Source: Chloroflexota bacterium
GTDB taxonomy: Bacteria; Chloroflexota; Limnocylindria; P2-11E
Reading direction: 5' to 3'
Assembly: GCA_005889445.1 (NCBI GenBank)
Contig: VBGS01000049.1
Coordinates: forward strand, 1 to 33,329
Length of the DNA: 33,329 nt
Positions 21,728 through 29,573 of the stretch are shown here, in pieces. Each line of letters opens with the position of its first letter. Position 1 is the stretch's first letter. Under the pieces are notes generated by a model. That model was not told the DNA's origin, ran no database searches, and worked only from the letters and a program-made list of their open reading frames with translations. The position numbers and the translations under genes are program-made.

Positions 21728-22891
21728 GTGTCGACCGCAACCAACTTCAACTACCAGGTCGCGCTCAAAGAAGGGCTCAAGAGCCTGCAGCAGGGCCGTC
21801 TGCGGCAGGCCGAACAGAGCTTTCGCTATCTGGTGGAGAAGTTCCCGGGAGCCGAGGGCGGCTACCGCGGTCTCGCGAAGGTCCACTTCGAGCAGGAGGA
21901 TCGGACCGGCGCGCTCAAGGTCCTTCGCGATGGCGCCGCCGCGCTGACCCGGTCGGGGGAACGGTCGGCGGCGATCGGCCTGCTCCGTGAGGCCGTCACG
22001 CTCGAGCCGCGCGATCTCGGAACGCATCGCCGCCTGGCCGCGGCGCTCGCGCTCGCCGGCGACGCCGAGGCCGCCGTGCAGGAGTACACGCGTTTCATCC
22101 GCGATCTGCGTGACTCCGGCGACGCCGATCGCGCCAAGCTCGAGGCGACGTACGGGGTCGGTCAGCTGAAGGACGCGCCCGGGGTCGCGGCGCTCCACGA
22201 CCTCGCCAACGGAGAGACGCCGCAGACAGGCTCGTCGGCGGACGAGTCGCCGCGCGATGAGACGATCCGCGCGGCGTTCGGCGGGACGACCGCGCTCCGG
22301 CCAAAGGCCGCGGACCCGTGGGAGGCGGTCCCGCCACCACCCAATGACGCGCAGCTCTGGTCACGACCGTCGCCCACGTTCGGGAGCGCGCGCGCGGCGC
22401 CCTCTGCCGCCGGGGATCCCTGGATCAGTCCGCCGCAGCAGCGAGAGGAGACCGCGCCGGTCGAACCTGCCCAGTCCGATGTGCGCATGGAGGAGGCCGC
22501 TCCCGAGCCCGAGGCACCCGCGCCGGTCGAGACCGCGCCCACGCCGGCGACCCTGCAAGAAGAAGACGCACCGGCGGATGACGCGCAGGTCGAGGCGGCC
22601 GCGGCTCGCTTCCTCGCGACCAGAGATCCGCGGGCCGCACGTCCAGCGCTCGAGGCCGCGCGGCGCTACCTCAGCGACGGACGCACCGATGCGGCCTCGG
22701 ACCTGCTCCTCCAGCTCATCGCCTCAGGTGTCGCCGATCACGACGCGCAGCGACTCCTGGTCGACGTGGCCCGCACTCTCGGCAAGCGGGACGTCGCGCG
22801 CGTGAAGTGCCAGCTGCTCGTGCAGGCGCTGCTCTTGGATGGCCGCAATGACCTTGCCGCGGAGGTCGAGGCCCTGGCGCAGGCGGACTGA
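21728..22891 (+). CDS. Hypothetical protein: TPR-like N-domain, Pro/Ala/Glu-rich linker, helical-repeat C-domain
   Basis: TPR-like patterns (GRLRQAEQSFRYLVEKFP, AIGLLREAVTLEP, LAAALALAGDAEAA); fills the gap; stop overlaps cdaA ATG. Confidence 0.75.
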   Translation: MSTATNFNYQVALKEGLKSLQQGRLRQAEQSFRYLVEKFPGAEGGYRGLAKVHFEQEDRTGALKVLRDGAAALTRSGERSAAIGLLREAVTLEPRDLGTHRRLAAALALAGDAEAAVQEYTRFIRDLRDSGDADRAKLEATYGVGQLKDAPGVAALHDLANGETPQTGSSADESPRDETIRAAFGGTTALRPKAADPWEAVPPPPNDAQLWSRPSPTFGSARAAPSAAGDPWISPPQQREETAPVEPAQSDVRMEEAAPEPEAPAPVETAPTPATLQEEDAPADDAQVEAAAARFLATRDPRAARPALEAARRYLSDGRTDAASDLLLQLIASGVADHDAQRLLVDVARTLGKRDVARVKCQLLVQALLLDGRNDLAAEVEALAQAD

Positions 22892-23724
22892 TGGACCGCC
22901 TTGCCGAGTACTTCCGCACCCTGCTCGGAGGCCAGTGCTGCAGCTGGAACAACGCGCTCGACGTCCTCATCGTCGCGATCTTCGTCTACTACGTGCTCGC
23001 GCTCATTCGCGGAACGCGAGCGGTGCAGCTCCTCATCGGCGTCCTCGTGCTCGTCTTGATCTACTGGATCGCGTCGCTCCTGCGACTCACGCTCACCACC
23101 CTTCTCCTCCAAGCGCTCTTCGCGGTCGCCCTGTTCGCGCTGGTCGTCGTCTTCCAGCCGGAGCTCCGCCGCGCGCTCGGGCAGCTCGGACAGCTCGGCC
23201 CGCTCAACCGGATGCTGATCCCGGGAGGCGAAGAAGAGATCGAGGGCACGGTGGACGAGCTGGTGCGCGCCGCGCTCCTCATCAGCGAGGCGAAGCACGG
23301 AGCGCTCGTGGTCCTCGAGCGCGGCACGGGGCTTCAGGACTACAGCGAGACCGGCGTGCCGGTCAACGGCAAGCTGACCGCGGAGCTCCTCGCATCGATC
23401 TTCATGACGCGATCACCCCTCCACGACGGTGCCGTGATCGTTCGCGGCGGCCAGATCCTCGCGGCGGCGTGCCTCCTGCCGCTCGAGGAGACCGCCGAAC
23501 GGACGACCGCGCATCGCTACGGCATGCGGCACCGCGCGGCGCTCTCGATCAGCGCGCAGACCGACGCGATCGTGGTGGTCGTGTCGGAGGAGTCGCAGGC
23601 GATCTCGATCGCCTCCGGTGGCCGGATGATCGGGGCGCTCGACGAGGAGCGGCTCCGCCGCGTGCTCACGTCGCTTCTGCGCAGCCGGATCCAGCCGCTC
23701 CCGTTCCGCAGCAAGGCCTCCTGA
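22891..23724 (+). CDS. cdaA: Diadenylate cyclase (c-di-AMP synthase), CdaA/DacA type
   Basis: Three N-terminal hydrophobic segments, FQPELRRAL, SPLHDGA, GMRHRAA, VVSEE. Confidence 0.96.
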   Translation: MDRLAEYFRTLLGGQCCSWNNALDVLIVAIFVYYVLALIRGTRAVQLLIGVLVLVLIYWIASLLRLTLTTLLLQALFAVALFALVVVFQPELRRALGQLGQLGPLNRMLIPGGEEEIEGTVDELVRAALLISEAKHGALVVLERGTGLQDYSETGVPVNGKLTAELLASIFMTRSPLHDGAVIVRGGQILAAACLLPLEETAERTTAHRYGMRHRAALSISAQTDAIVVVVSEESQAISIASGGRMIGALDEERLRRVLTSLLRSRIQPLPFRSKAS

Positions 23725-23727
23725 GTC

Positions 23728-24999
23728 GTGGCGCGCGTACCGGCGTCGGCGCGCTCGTTCCTGCCGCGGCGACGGATCGATCTGCGCCGCGCCTTCCTGA
23801 GTGACTTTCCGCTCAAGGCCGTCGCCGTCGTGATCGCGCTCGTCTTCTGGGTCGTGATCTCGCTGAATCAGGCGCCCGCCGAGGTCAGCCGCGCGTACGG
23901 CGGGTGCATCCCCGTGGAGCGGCCGGAGGTGCCGGCCGGATACGTCCTCGAGGGATCGCTCGGCGACGTCTCGATCACGCTGCGTGGGACCGACGCCGCG
24001 ATCACGAACGTCGTCGCCGCGGATCTGCACGCGACCCTGGACGTGAGTGGAGCCGACCTTCATCGGACCGATCCGCAGGACGTCCCGGTGAGCGCGACGG
24101 TCGCGAACCCTGCCGTGCGCGTCAGCGACATCTCGCCCGCGACGGTCAGTGTCAGGATCGAGCCGATCACGTCGCGACCCGTCGCCGTCCAGGTCCGATT
24201 CGCCAACGACCCGCCCTCCGGGAACCAGCCCGGCGATCCAGCGCTCAATCCGAGCGAGGTGCGTGTGAGCGGCGCCGCGAGCCACGTCGCGCGGATCGCG
24301 ACCGTCTACGCGACCGTCCGTTTCGGCGACGCGGCCACCGACCTGGTGAGCAGCGTGCAGCCCGTCGCGGTCGACGCGGCAGGCTCGCCGATCGACGGGC
24401 TCACGACGGACCCCGCGATCGTCCAGGTGAGCGTGCCGGTCCTGCCGACAGCGACCACGCGCACCGTGCCGGTCGTGTGGAACATTCGCGGGGCGGTGGC
24501 GGCCGGCTACCAGATCACCCGGATCACGATCGATCCGCCGGCCGTGACCGTCCGGGGGGAGCCCGCCGCGATCGGGAGCGTCGATCACGTCGATACCGGG
24601 CCAGCCGACGTGAGCGGGCTCACCGGCGACAAATCGTTCAACGTCGGTCTGATCCTGCCGGAGGGCACCTCGCTCTTCCGGACGACGGGCTCGACCGTCA
24701 CGGTGTCGGTCGCGCCGCTCGTCGGCACGCGCCCGTTCCCGCTGCTCGCGGTCCAGGCCATCAATCTGGCGAGCGGCCAGGTGGGCGAGACGGACCCGCC
24801 CACGGTGGGTGTCGTGCTCGCCGGTCCGGTGCCGGCGCTGTCGAGCCTGACGGTGGCCCAGGTGCAGGCCGTCGTCGACGCCACCGGGCATCAGCCGGGC
24901 AGCGTCTCGACCGTGGACGTCTCGGTCCGCGTGCCTGCTGGGATCACGGTACAGAGCGTGCAACCGACCAGGGTCACGCTCACCATACGAACGAGATAG
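23728..24999 (+). CDS. cdaR: CdaR/YbbR-domain regulator of CdaA
   Basis: N-terminal TM (LKAVAVVIALVFW), repeated P-x-x-V-x-V-x-G beta-rich modules; position between cdaA and glmM. Confidence 0.88.
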   Translation: MARVPASARSFLPRRRIDLRRAFLSDFPLKAVAVVIALVFWVVISLNQAPAEVSRAYGGCIPVERPEVPAGYVLEGSLGDVSITLRGTDAAITNVVAADLHATLDVSGADLHRTDPQDVPVSATVANPAVRVSDISPATVSVRIEPITSRPVAVQVRFANDPPSGNQPGDPALNPSEVRVSGAASHVARIATVYATVRFGDAATDLVSSVQPVAVDAAGSPIDGLTTDPAIVQVSVPVLPTATTRTVPVVWNIRGAVAAGYQITRITIDPPAVTVRGEPAAIGSVDHVDTGPADVSGLTGDKSFNVGLILPEGTSLFRTTGSTVTVSVAPLVGTRPFPLLAVQAINLASGQVGETDPPTVGVVLAGPVPALSSLTVAQVQAVVDATGHQPGSVSTVDVSVRVPAGITVQSVQPTRVTLTIRTR

Positions 25000-25027
25000 A
25001 ACGCGTCCGCTCGGCGGGCGGCGGAGG

Positions 25028-26362
25028 ATGAAGACGGCGAGGCTGTTCGGCACCGACGGGATACGCGGGGTCGCGAATCTCGACCTGACCCCGGAGCTCG
25101 CCCTCCGCCTGGGCCGAGCGGCGGGCCATGTCCTCGGCGGTCCCGGTCACTCGGTGGTCGTGGGCCGCGACACCCGCCGCAGCGGCCGGATGCTCGAGAG
25201 CGCGCTGGCCGCGGGGCTGTGCTCGGTGGGCATGGAGGTCCGTCTGGTCGGCCATATCCCCACGCCGGGCCTCGCGTATCTGGCGAAGAAGCACGACTTC
25301 GTCGCCGGAGCGGTGATCAGCGCGTCGCACAATCCCGCTCCCGATAACGGTATCAAGTTCTTCGACCACCGCGCGCAGAAGCTCCCCGACGCCGTCGAAG
25401 ACGAGATCGAATCCCTGATGGAGCGGGACGGCACGCTCCCGCGCCCGACCGAGGGCGGCATCGGGCTCGTCGGCGACGTGCGCGGCCTGGTCAAGGACTA
25501 CGAGGACTTCCTCGTCTCGATGGCGCCGAGGCTGGAAGGCCTGCGGATCGCGCTCGACTGCGCGAACGGATCGACCTATCGCGTCGCCCCAGCGGTATTC
25601 GCCCACGCCGGCGCCGAGGTGCTCGCCTTCTTCGACGTTCCCGACGGCCAGAACATCAACGCGGGCTGCGGCGCCACGGCTCCCGAGGCGCTGCAGCGAC
25701 TCGTCGTGGATCGCAAGGCCGACGCGGGCTTCGCGTTCGACGGCGACGGGGACCGCGTGATCGTCATCGACGAGCGCGGGCGTGCGCACAACGGGGACTT
25801 CGTCCTCGCTCTCGCGGCGCGCCACTTCGCGAAGCACGATCGCCTCCGTCCGAGGCTCGTCGTCGGGACGGTCATGACGAACGGCGGGCTCGAGTCGACG
25901 CTGGCGCGGGACGGCATCAAGCTCGAGCGCACGCAGGTCGGCGACAGATACGTGTGGGAGGCGATGGAGCGTCTCGGCGCCCAATTCGGCGGCGAGTCCT
26001 CGGGTCACGTCATCTTCCGCGAATATGCGACGACCGGCGACGGGATCCTTACCGCGCTCGAGGTCCTGCACCTTGTCCGCGCCGAAGGACGTCGCCTTTC
26101 GGAGCTCGCCGACGAGATGGAGTTCTGGCCCCAGGTCACGCGGAACGTAAAGGCCTCGCGGCGCCGCGAGTGGGATCAAAGCGCCGCGTTCGTCGACGAG
26201 AAGAACAAGGAGGAGGCCGCGCTTCGCGGCACGGGGCGTCTCCTCGTCCGCCCGTCGGGGACCGAGCCGGTCCTTCGCATCACCGTCGAGGCGCGGGACG
26301 CGTCCGTCGCGTCGGCGACGGCGGAGCGGCTCGCGCGCGTCGCTGAAAGGGAGCTGATCTGA
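25028..26362 (+). CDS. glmM: Phosphoglucosamine mutase
   Basis: LFGTDGIRG, ISASHNP, FDGDGDR, GGESSGH, RPSGTEP. Confidence 0.96.
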   Translation: MKTARLFGTDGIRGVANLDLTPELALRLGRAAGHVLGGPGHSVVVGRDTRRSGRMLESALAAGLCSVGMEVRLVGHIPTPGLAYLAKKHDFVAGAVISASHNPAPDNGIKFFDHRAQKLPDAVEDEIESLMERDGTLPRPTEGGIGLVGDVRGLVKDYEDFLVSMAPRLEGLRIALDCANGSTYRVAPAVFAHAGAEVLAFFDVPDGQNINAGCGATAPEALQRLVVDRKADAGFAFDGDGDRVIVIDERGRAHNGDFVLALAARHFAKHDRLRPRLVVGTVMTNGGLESTLARDGIKLERTQVGDRYVWEAMERLGAQFGGESSGHVIFREYATTGDGILTALEVLHLVRAEGRRLSELADEMEFWPQVTRNVKASRRREWDQSAAFVDEKNKEEAALRGTGRLLVRPSGTEPVLRITVEARDASVASATAERLARVAERELI

Positions 26363-26363
26363 A

Positions 26364-28115
26364 ATGTGCGGGATCGTTGGGTACGTCGGTCCGCGCGAGG
26401 CACTACCGCTGCTGATGACCGGCCTGCGCCGGCTCGAGTACCGCGGGTACGACTCGGCCGGCGTCGCGGTGCAGGAGAACGGGACGCTCGAGGTCATGCG
26501 TGCCGAAGGAAAGCTCGACAACCTGGCATCTGTGGTGTCCGCGCATCCCGCCCCCGGCCACACCGGGATCGGCCACACGCGATGGGCGACGCACGGCCGG
26601 CCCAGCGAGCAGAACGCCCACCCGCACGTCGACTGTGGCGGCGTCACGGCCGTGATCCACAACGGGATCATCGAGAACTTCGAGGAGCTGAAAGGACCGC
26701 TCGTCGCGAAGGGGCATCGCTTCACCAGCGAGACCGACACCGAGGTCGTCGTCCACATGCTCGAGGACGAGCTGAAGAAGGGCGGATCGCTCGAGGCCGC
26801 CGCGCGCGCGGTGCTGCCGCGACTCGAAGGCGCCGCCGCGCTCGTGTTCATCTCCTCGAAGGACCCGGCGAAGATCGTGGCCGCGCGCATCAGCAACGCC
26901 GGCGGGGTGATCATCGGTTACGGCGAGAACGAGAACTTCATCGCCTCCGACGCACCCGCGCTCATGGAGCACACCCGTCTCGTCTCGTTCCTCGAGAACG
27001 GCGAGATGGCGGCGAAGTCCGGATACCAGCATTTCATGCTCAAGGAGATCCACGAGCAGCCGCGCGCGATCAACGACACGCTCCTCGGGCGCGTCGATCG
27101 ATCGTCCGGCCGCGTCATGTTCGACGAGAACGTGAAGCTCACCGACGAGCAGGTGCGGGCGCTTCCGCGGATCACACTGGTCGGCTGCGGGACGGCGGGA
27201 CACGCATCACTGATCGGCAAGATCCTCATCGAGCGGCTCGCGGGGATCCCCTGCGACATCGACATTCCGAGCGAGTACCGATACCGCGATCCGGTCGTGA
27301 CGAAGGGTCAGCTGCTCGTCGCGATCACGCAGTCGGGGGAAACCGCCGACACGCTCGCGGCGATGGAGGAGGCGCGCAAGCGCGGGGCACGGCTAATGAG
27401 CGTCGTGAACGTGATGGGAAGCGAAGCCAGTCGCGTGTCCGACGACGTCATCTACCTGCACACCGGGCCGGAGATCGCCGTGGCATCGACGAAGGCGTAC
27501 ACCGCGATGCTGGTGGATCTCTACCTGTTCGCGATCTACCTCGCGCAGCGGCGCGGCACCATCGACCCGGATCGCAGCCGGAGGCTGCTCGCCGAGGCGT
27601 TCCACCTGCCGACGCTCATCGACTCGGTGCTGCGCGAGGAGCCGAAGATCCGCGCGCTCGCATATCGGTACCACACGTCCCGCAACTTCCTGTTCCTCGG
27701 TCGCGGTGTGAACTACCCGACCGCTCTCGAGGGTGCGCTCAAGCTGAAGGAGCTTTCCTACATTCACGCCGAGGGCACCGCCGCGGGTGAGATGAAGCAC
27801 GGCACGAACGCCCTCATCGACGAGGATCTGCCGGTCGTCGCGATCGCGCTGAAGGATCCCGTCTACAAGAAGATCCGCAGCAACATGGAGGAGGTCCGCG
27901 CGCGAGCCGGTGTGCTCATCGCGATCGCCAACGACGATGACAGCGAGATCGCAGCCAAGGCCGACGACGTCATCCGCATCCCGAAGACCGACGAGCTGCT
28001 CTCACCGGTCCTCGCGGTGGTTCCGCTCCAGCTGCTCGCGTATCACATCGCCGATCGACGGGGGAACGACGTCGATCAGCCGCGCAACCTGGCGAAAGCC
28101 GTGACCGTCGAATGA
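26364..28115 (+). CDS. glmS: Glutamine-fructose-6-phosphate aminotransferase with apparent ~30-aa in-frame deletion
   Basis: MCGIVGY, LEYRGYDSAG, GHTRWATHG, QSGETADT, PRNLAKAVTVE. Confidence 0.96.
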   Translation: MCGIVGYVGPREALPLLMTGLRRLEYRGYDSAGVAVQENGTLEVMRAEGKLDNLASVVSAHPAPGHTGIGHTRWATHGRPSEQNAHPHVDCGGVTAVIHNGIIENFEELKGPLVAKGHRFTSETDTEVVVHMLEDELKKGGSLEAAARAVLPRLEGAAALVFISSKDPAKIVAARISNAGGVIIGYGENENFIASDAPALMEHTRLVSFLENGEMAAKSGYQHFMLKEIHEQPRAINDTLLGRVDRSSGRVMFDENVKLTDEQVRALPRITLVGCGTAGHASLIGKILIERLAGIPCDIDIPSEYRYRDPVVTKGQLLVAITQSGETADTLAAMEEARKRGARLMSVVNVMGSEASRVSDDVIYLHTGPEIAVASTKAYTAMLVDLYLFAIYLAQRRGTIDPDRSRRLLAEAFHLPTLIDSVLREEPKIRALAYRYHTSRNFLFLGRGVNYPTALEGALKLKELSYIHAEGTAAGEMKHGTNALIDEDLPVVAIALKDPVYKKIRSNMEEVRARAGVLIAIANDDDSEIAAKADDVIRIPKTDELLSPVLAVVPLQLLAYHIADRRGNDVDQPRNLAKAVTVE

Positions 28116-28318
28116 CCCGCACGCTGGCGGTGCGGGTCCTGTCCCCGGTCGCGGCCCGCCCGCGCTCGCGCACCCTCCCCAGCCGCGCCGCCGTGGAATC
28201 GGTCTCGCTCCGCCGCGTTGCGGCGCGGCCGGGGCCCCGGGGGGCCCGCGCGTCGCGCGGGCAGACCGCTCCCGGTGCCACCCGCACCGCCACCGCTCTG
28301 CGGATCTTCTCCTCGTGA
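28112..28318 (+). CDS. Possible 68-aa Arg/Ala-rich small ORF linking the glmS stop to the acpS start
   Basis: ATGA overlap with glmS and GTGA overlap with acpS; no recognisable motif. Confidence 0.3.
   Translation: MTRTLAVRVLSPVAARPRSRTLPSRAAVESVSLRRVAARPGPRGARASRGQTAPGATRTATALRIFSS
28114..28292. repeat. Nested inverted repeats forming a ~170-nt rod-like structure (candidate ncRNA, cis-element or MITE-like)
   Basis: TGGCGGTGCGGGT(28125-28137)/ACCCGCACCGCCA(28280-28292); inner GCCGCGCCGC(28182-28191)/GCGGCGCGGC(28220-28229); alternative hairpin 28114-28138. Confidence 0.65.
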
Positions 28319-28683
28319 GTTCAGAGGTGGGCATCGACATCATCGAGACGGCACGCATTCGGAATGTGTTCGAGAAGTACCCACGGCGCTTTCTCGATCG
28401 CGTCTACACCGAGTGGGAGCAGCTGTACTGCCGGAACAACATCCTGCATCTCTCCGGTCGGTGGGCTGCGAAGGAGGCGGTGTCGAAGGTGCTCGGGCTC
28501 GGCGTTCGCGGGGTCGGCTGGCGCGAGATCGAGATCCGCCGCACCCGCGCGGGACAGCCGACGGTGACGCTGCATGGCCGCGCGGCCGCTCGCCGCGACG
28601 CGCTCGGTCTTCGCGATCCACTCTCCGTGTCGATCTCCCATATTCGCGATCTCGCGGTCGCGGTCGCCGTGGGCCTGCGCTGA
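28315..28683 (+). CDS. acpS: Holo-[acyl-carrier-protein] synthase
   Basis: VGIDIIE, GRWAAKEAVSK, WREIEI, VSISH. Confidence 0.95.
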   Translation: MSSEVGIDIIETARIRNVFEKYPRRFLDRVYTEWEQLYCRNNILHLSGRWAAKEAVSKVLGLGVRGVGWREIEIRRTRAGQPTVTLHGRAAARRDALGLRDPLSVSISHIRDLAVAVAVGLR

Positions 28684-29573
28684 GCGAGGGGTCGGCCACC
28701 GCGCTCACCGCTCGCGTCGTGCGAGCCGTCGTGAAACCGCTTCCGAAAGATGCCGGGAAGGAGACTCGCGGCCGCGTGCTCATCGTCGGGGGCTCGCTTC
28801 GCTATCCCGGCGCGATCCTGCTCGCGTCTCGCGCGGCGCTCCGCTGCGGGGCCGGCGTGGTGACCGTCGCGGCGGCGCGCTCGGTGACCGAAGCGATCGC
28901 CGGCGAAGACCCCAACGTGACCTTCTTTCCGCTCGCTGAGGCGCAGCCCGGCGTCGTCGCGACCGGAGCGGCCGCGCAGCTGTCGACGCTCGCTGGAGAG
29001 AAGACGCGCGTCATGCTCCTGGGGCCCGGCCTGGCGCACGGTCCGGGGACCGACGACTTCGTGGCCGCGGTGCTTCGCAACGCTCGGGCTCTCGCGACGG
29101 TCATCGACGCCGACGGGCTGAACGCCCTGGCACGAACCGAGGACTGGCGCGCGCTCCTTCCCGCGAAGACGATCCTGACGCCGCACGATGGGGAGGCCGC
29201 GCGGCTCGCCGGACGCGTCGTTCCTGCAGGGGCGGCGCGCGTCGTCTTCGCTGAACGGCACGCCCGCGACTGGGCCGCGGTCGTGGCGCTGAAGGGGCCG
29301 GTCACGGTCGTCACGGACGGCAAGAAGACGTATCTGCACGACCATCCCAATCCGACGCTCGGGGTCGGCGGATCGGGCGACGCCCTGGGCGGAGCGATCG
29401 CGGCGTTCGTCGCGCGCGGCCTGTCCCCGCTGGCCGCGGCCGCGTCCGGGGTGTGGATCCACGGCCGAGCGGGCGCTCTCCTGGCGGGCGAGGTCGGCGA
29501 GTCGGGCGCGCTCGCGACCGACATCGTCGACGCGCTTCCACGTGCGCTCCGTGAAATAGTCGAGACACGATGA
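28680..29573 (+). CDS. nnrD: ADP-dependent NAD(P)H-hydrate dehydratase (stand-alone YjeF C-domain); start uncertain
   Basis: K-x-x-RGRVLIVGGS-x-x-YPGA, GAGVV, GPGL, IDADGLN, LTPH-x-GE, LKG, GGSGD-x-L-x-G. The track start 28218 overlaps acpS. Confidence 0.9.
   Translation: MSEGSATALTARVVRAVVKPLPKDAGKETRGRVLIVGGSLRYPGAILLASRAALRCGAGVVTVAAARSVTEAIAGEDPNVTFFPLAEAQPGVVATGAAAQLSTLAGEKTRVMLLGPGLAHGPGTDDFVAAVLRNARALATVIDADGLNALARTEDWRALLPAKTILTPHDGEAARLAGRVVPAGAARVVFAERHARDWAAVVALKGPVTVVTDGKKTYLHDHPNPTLGVGGSGDALGGAIAAFVARGLSPLAAAASGVWIHGRAGALLAGEVGESGALATDIVDALPRALREIVETR

Noticed and set aside
28125-28292. Naming the structured spacer as 6S RNA, SRP RNA or glmS ribozyme
   Set aside because: No recognisable family sequence motifs, and it is on the wrong side of glmS for the ribozyme; left unassigned.
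28218-28679. Long N-terminal extension of nnrD as an NnrE domain
   Set aside because: It overlaps acpS in another frame and lacks the GNNGGD motif.
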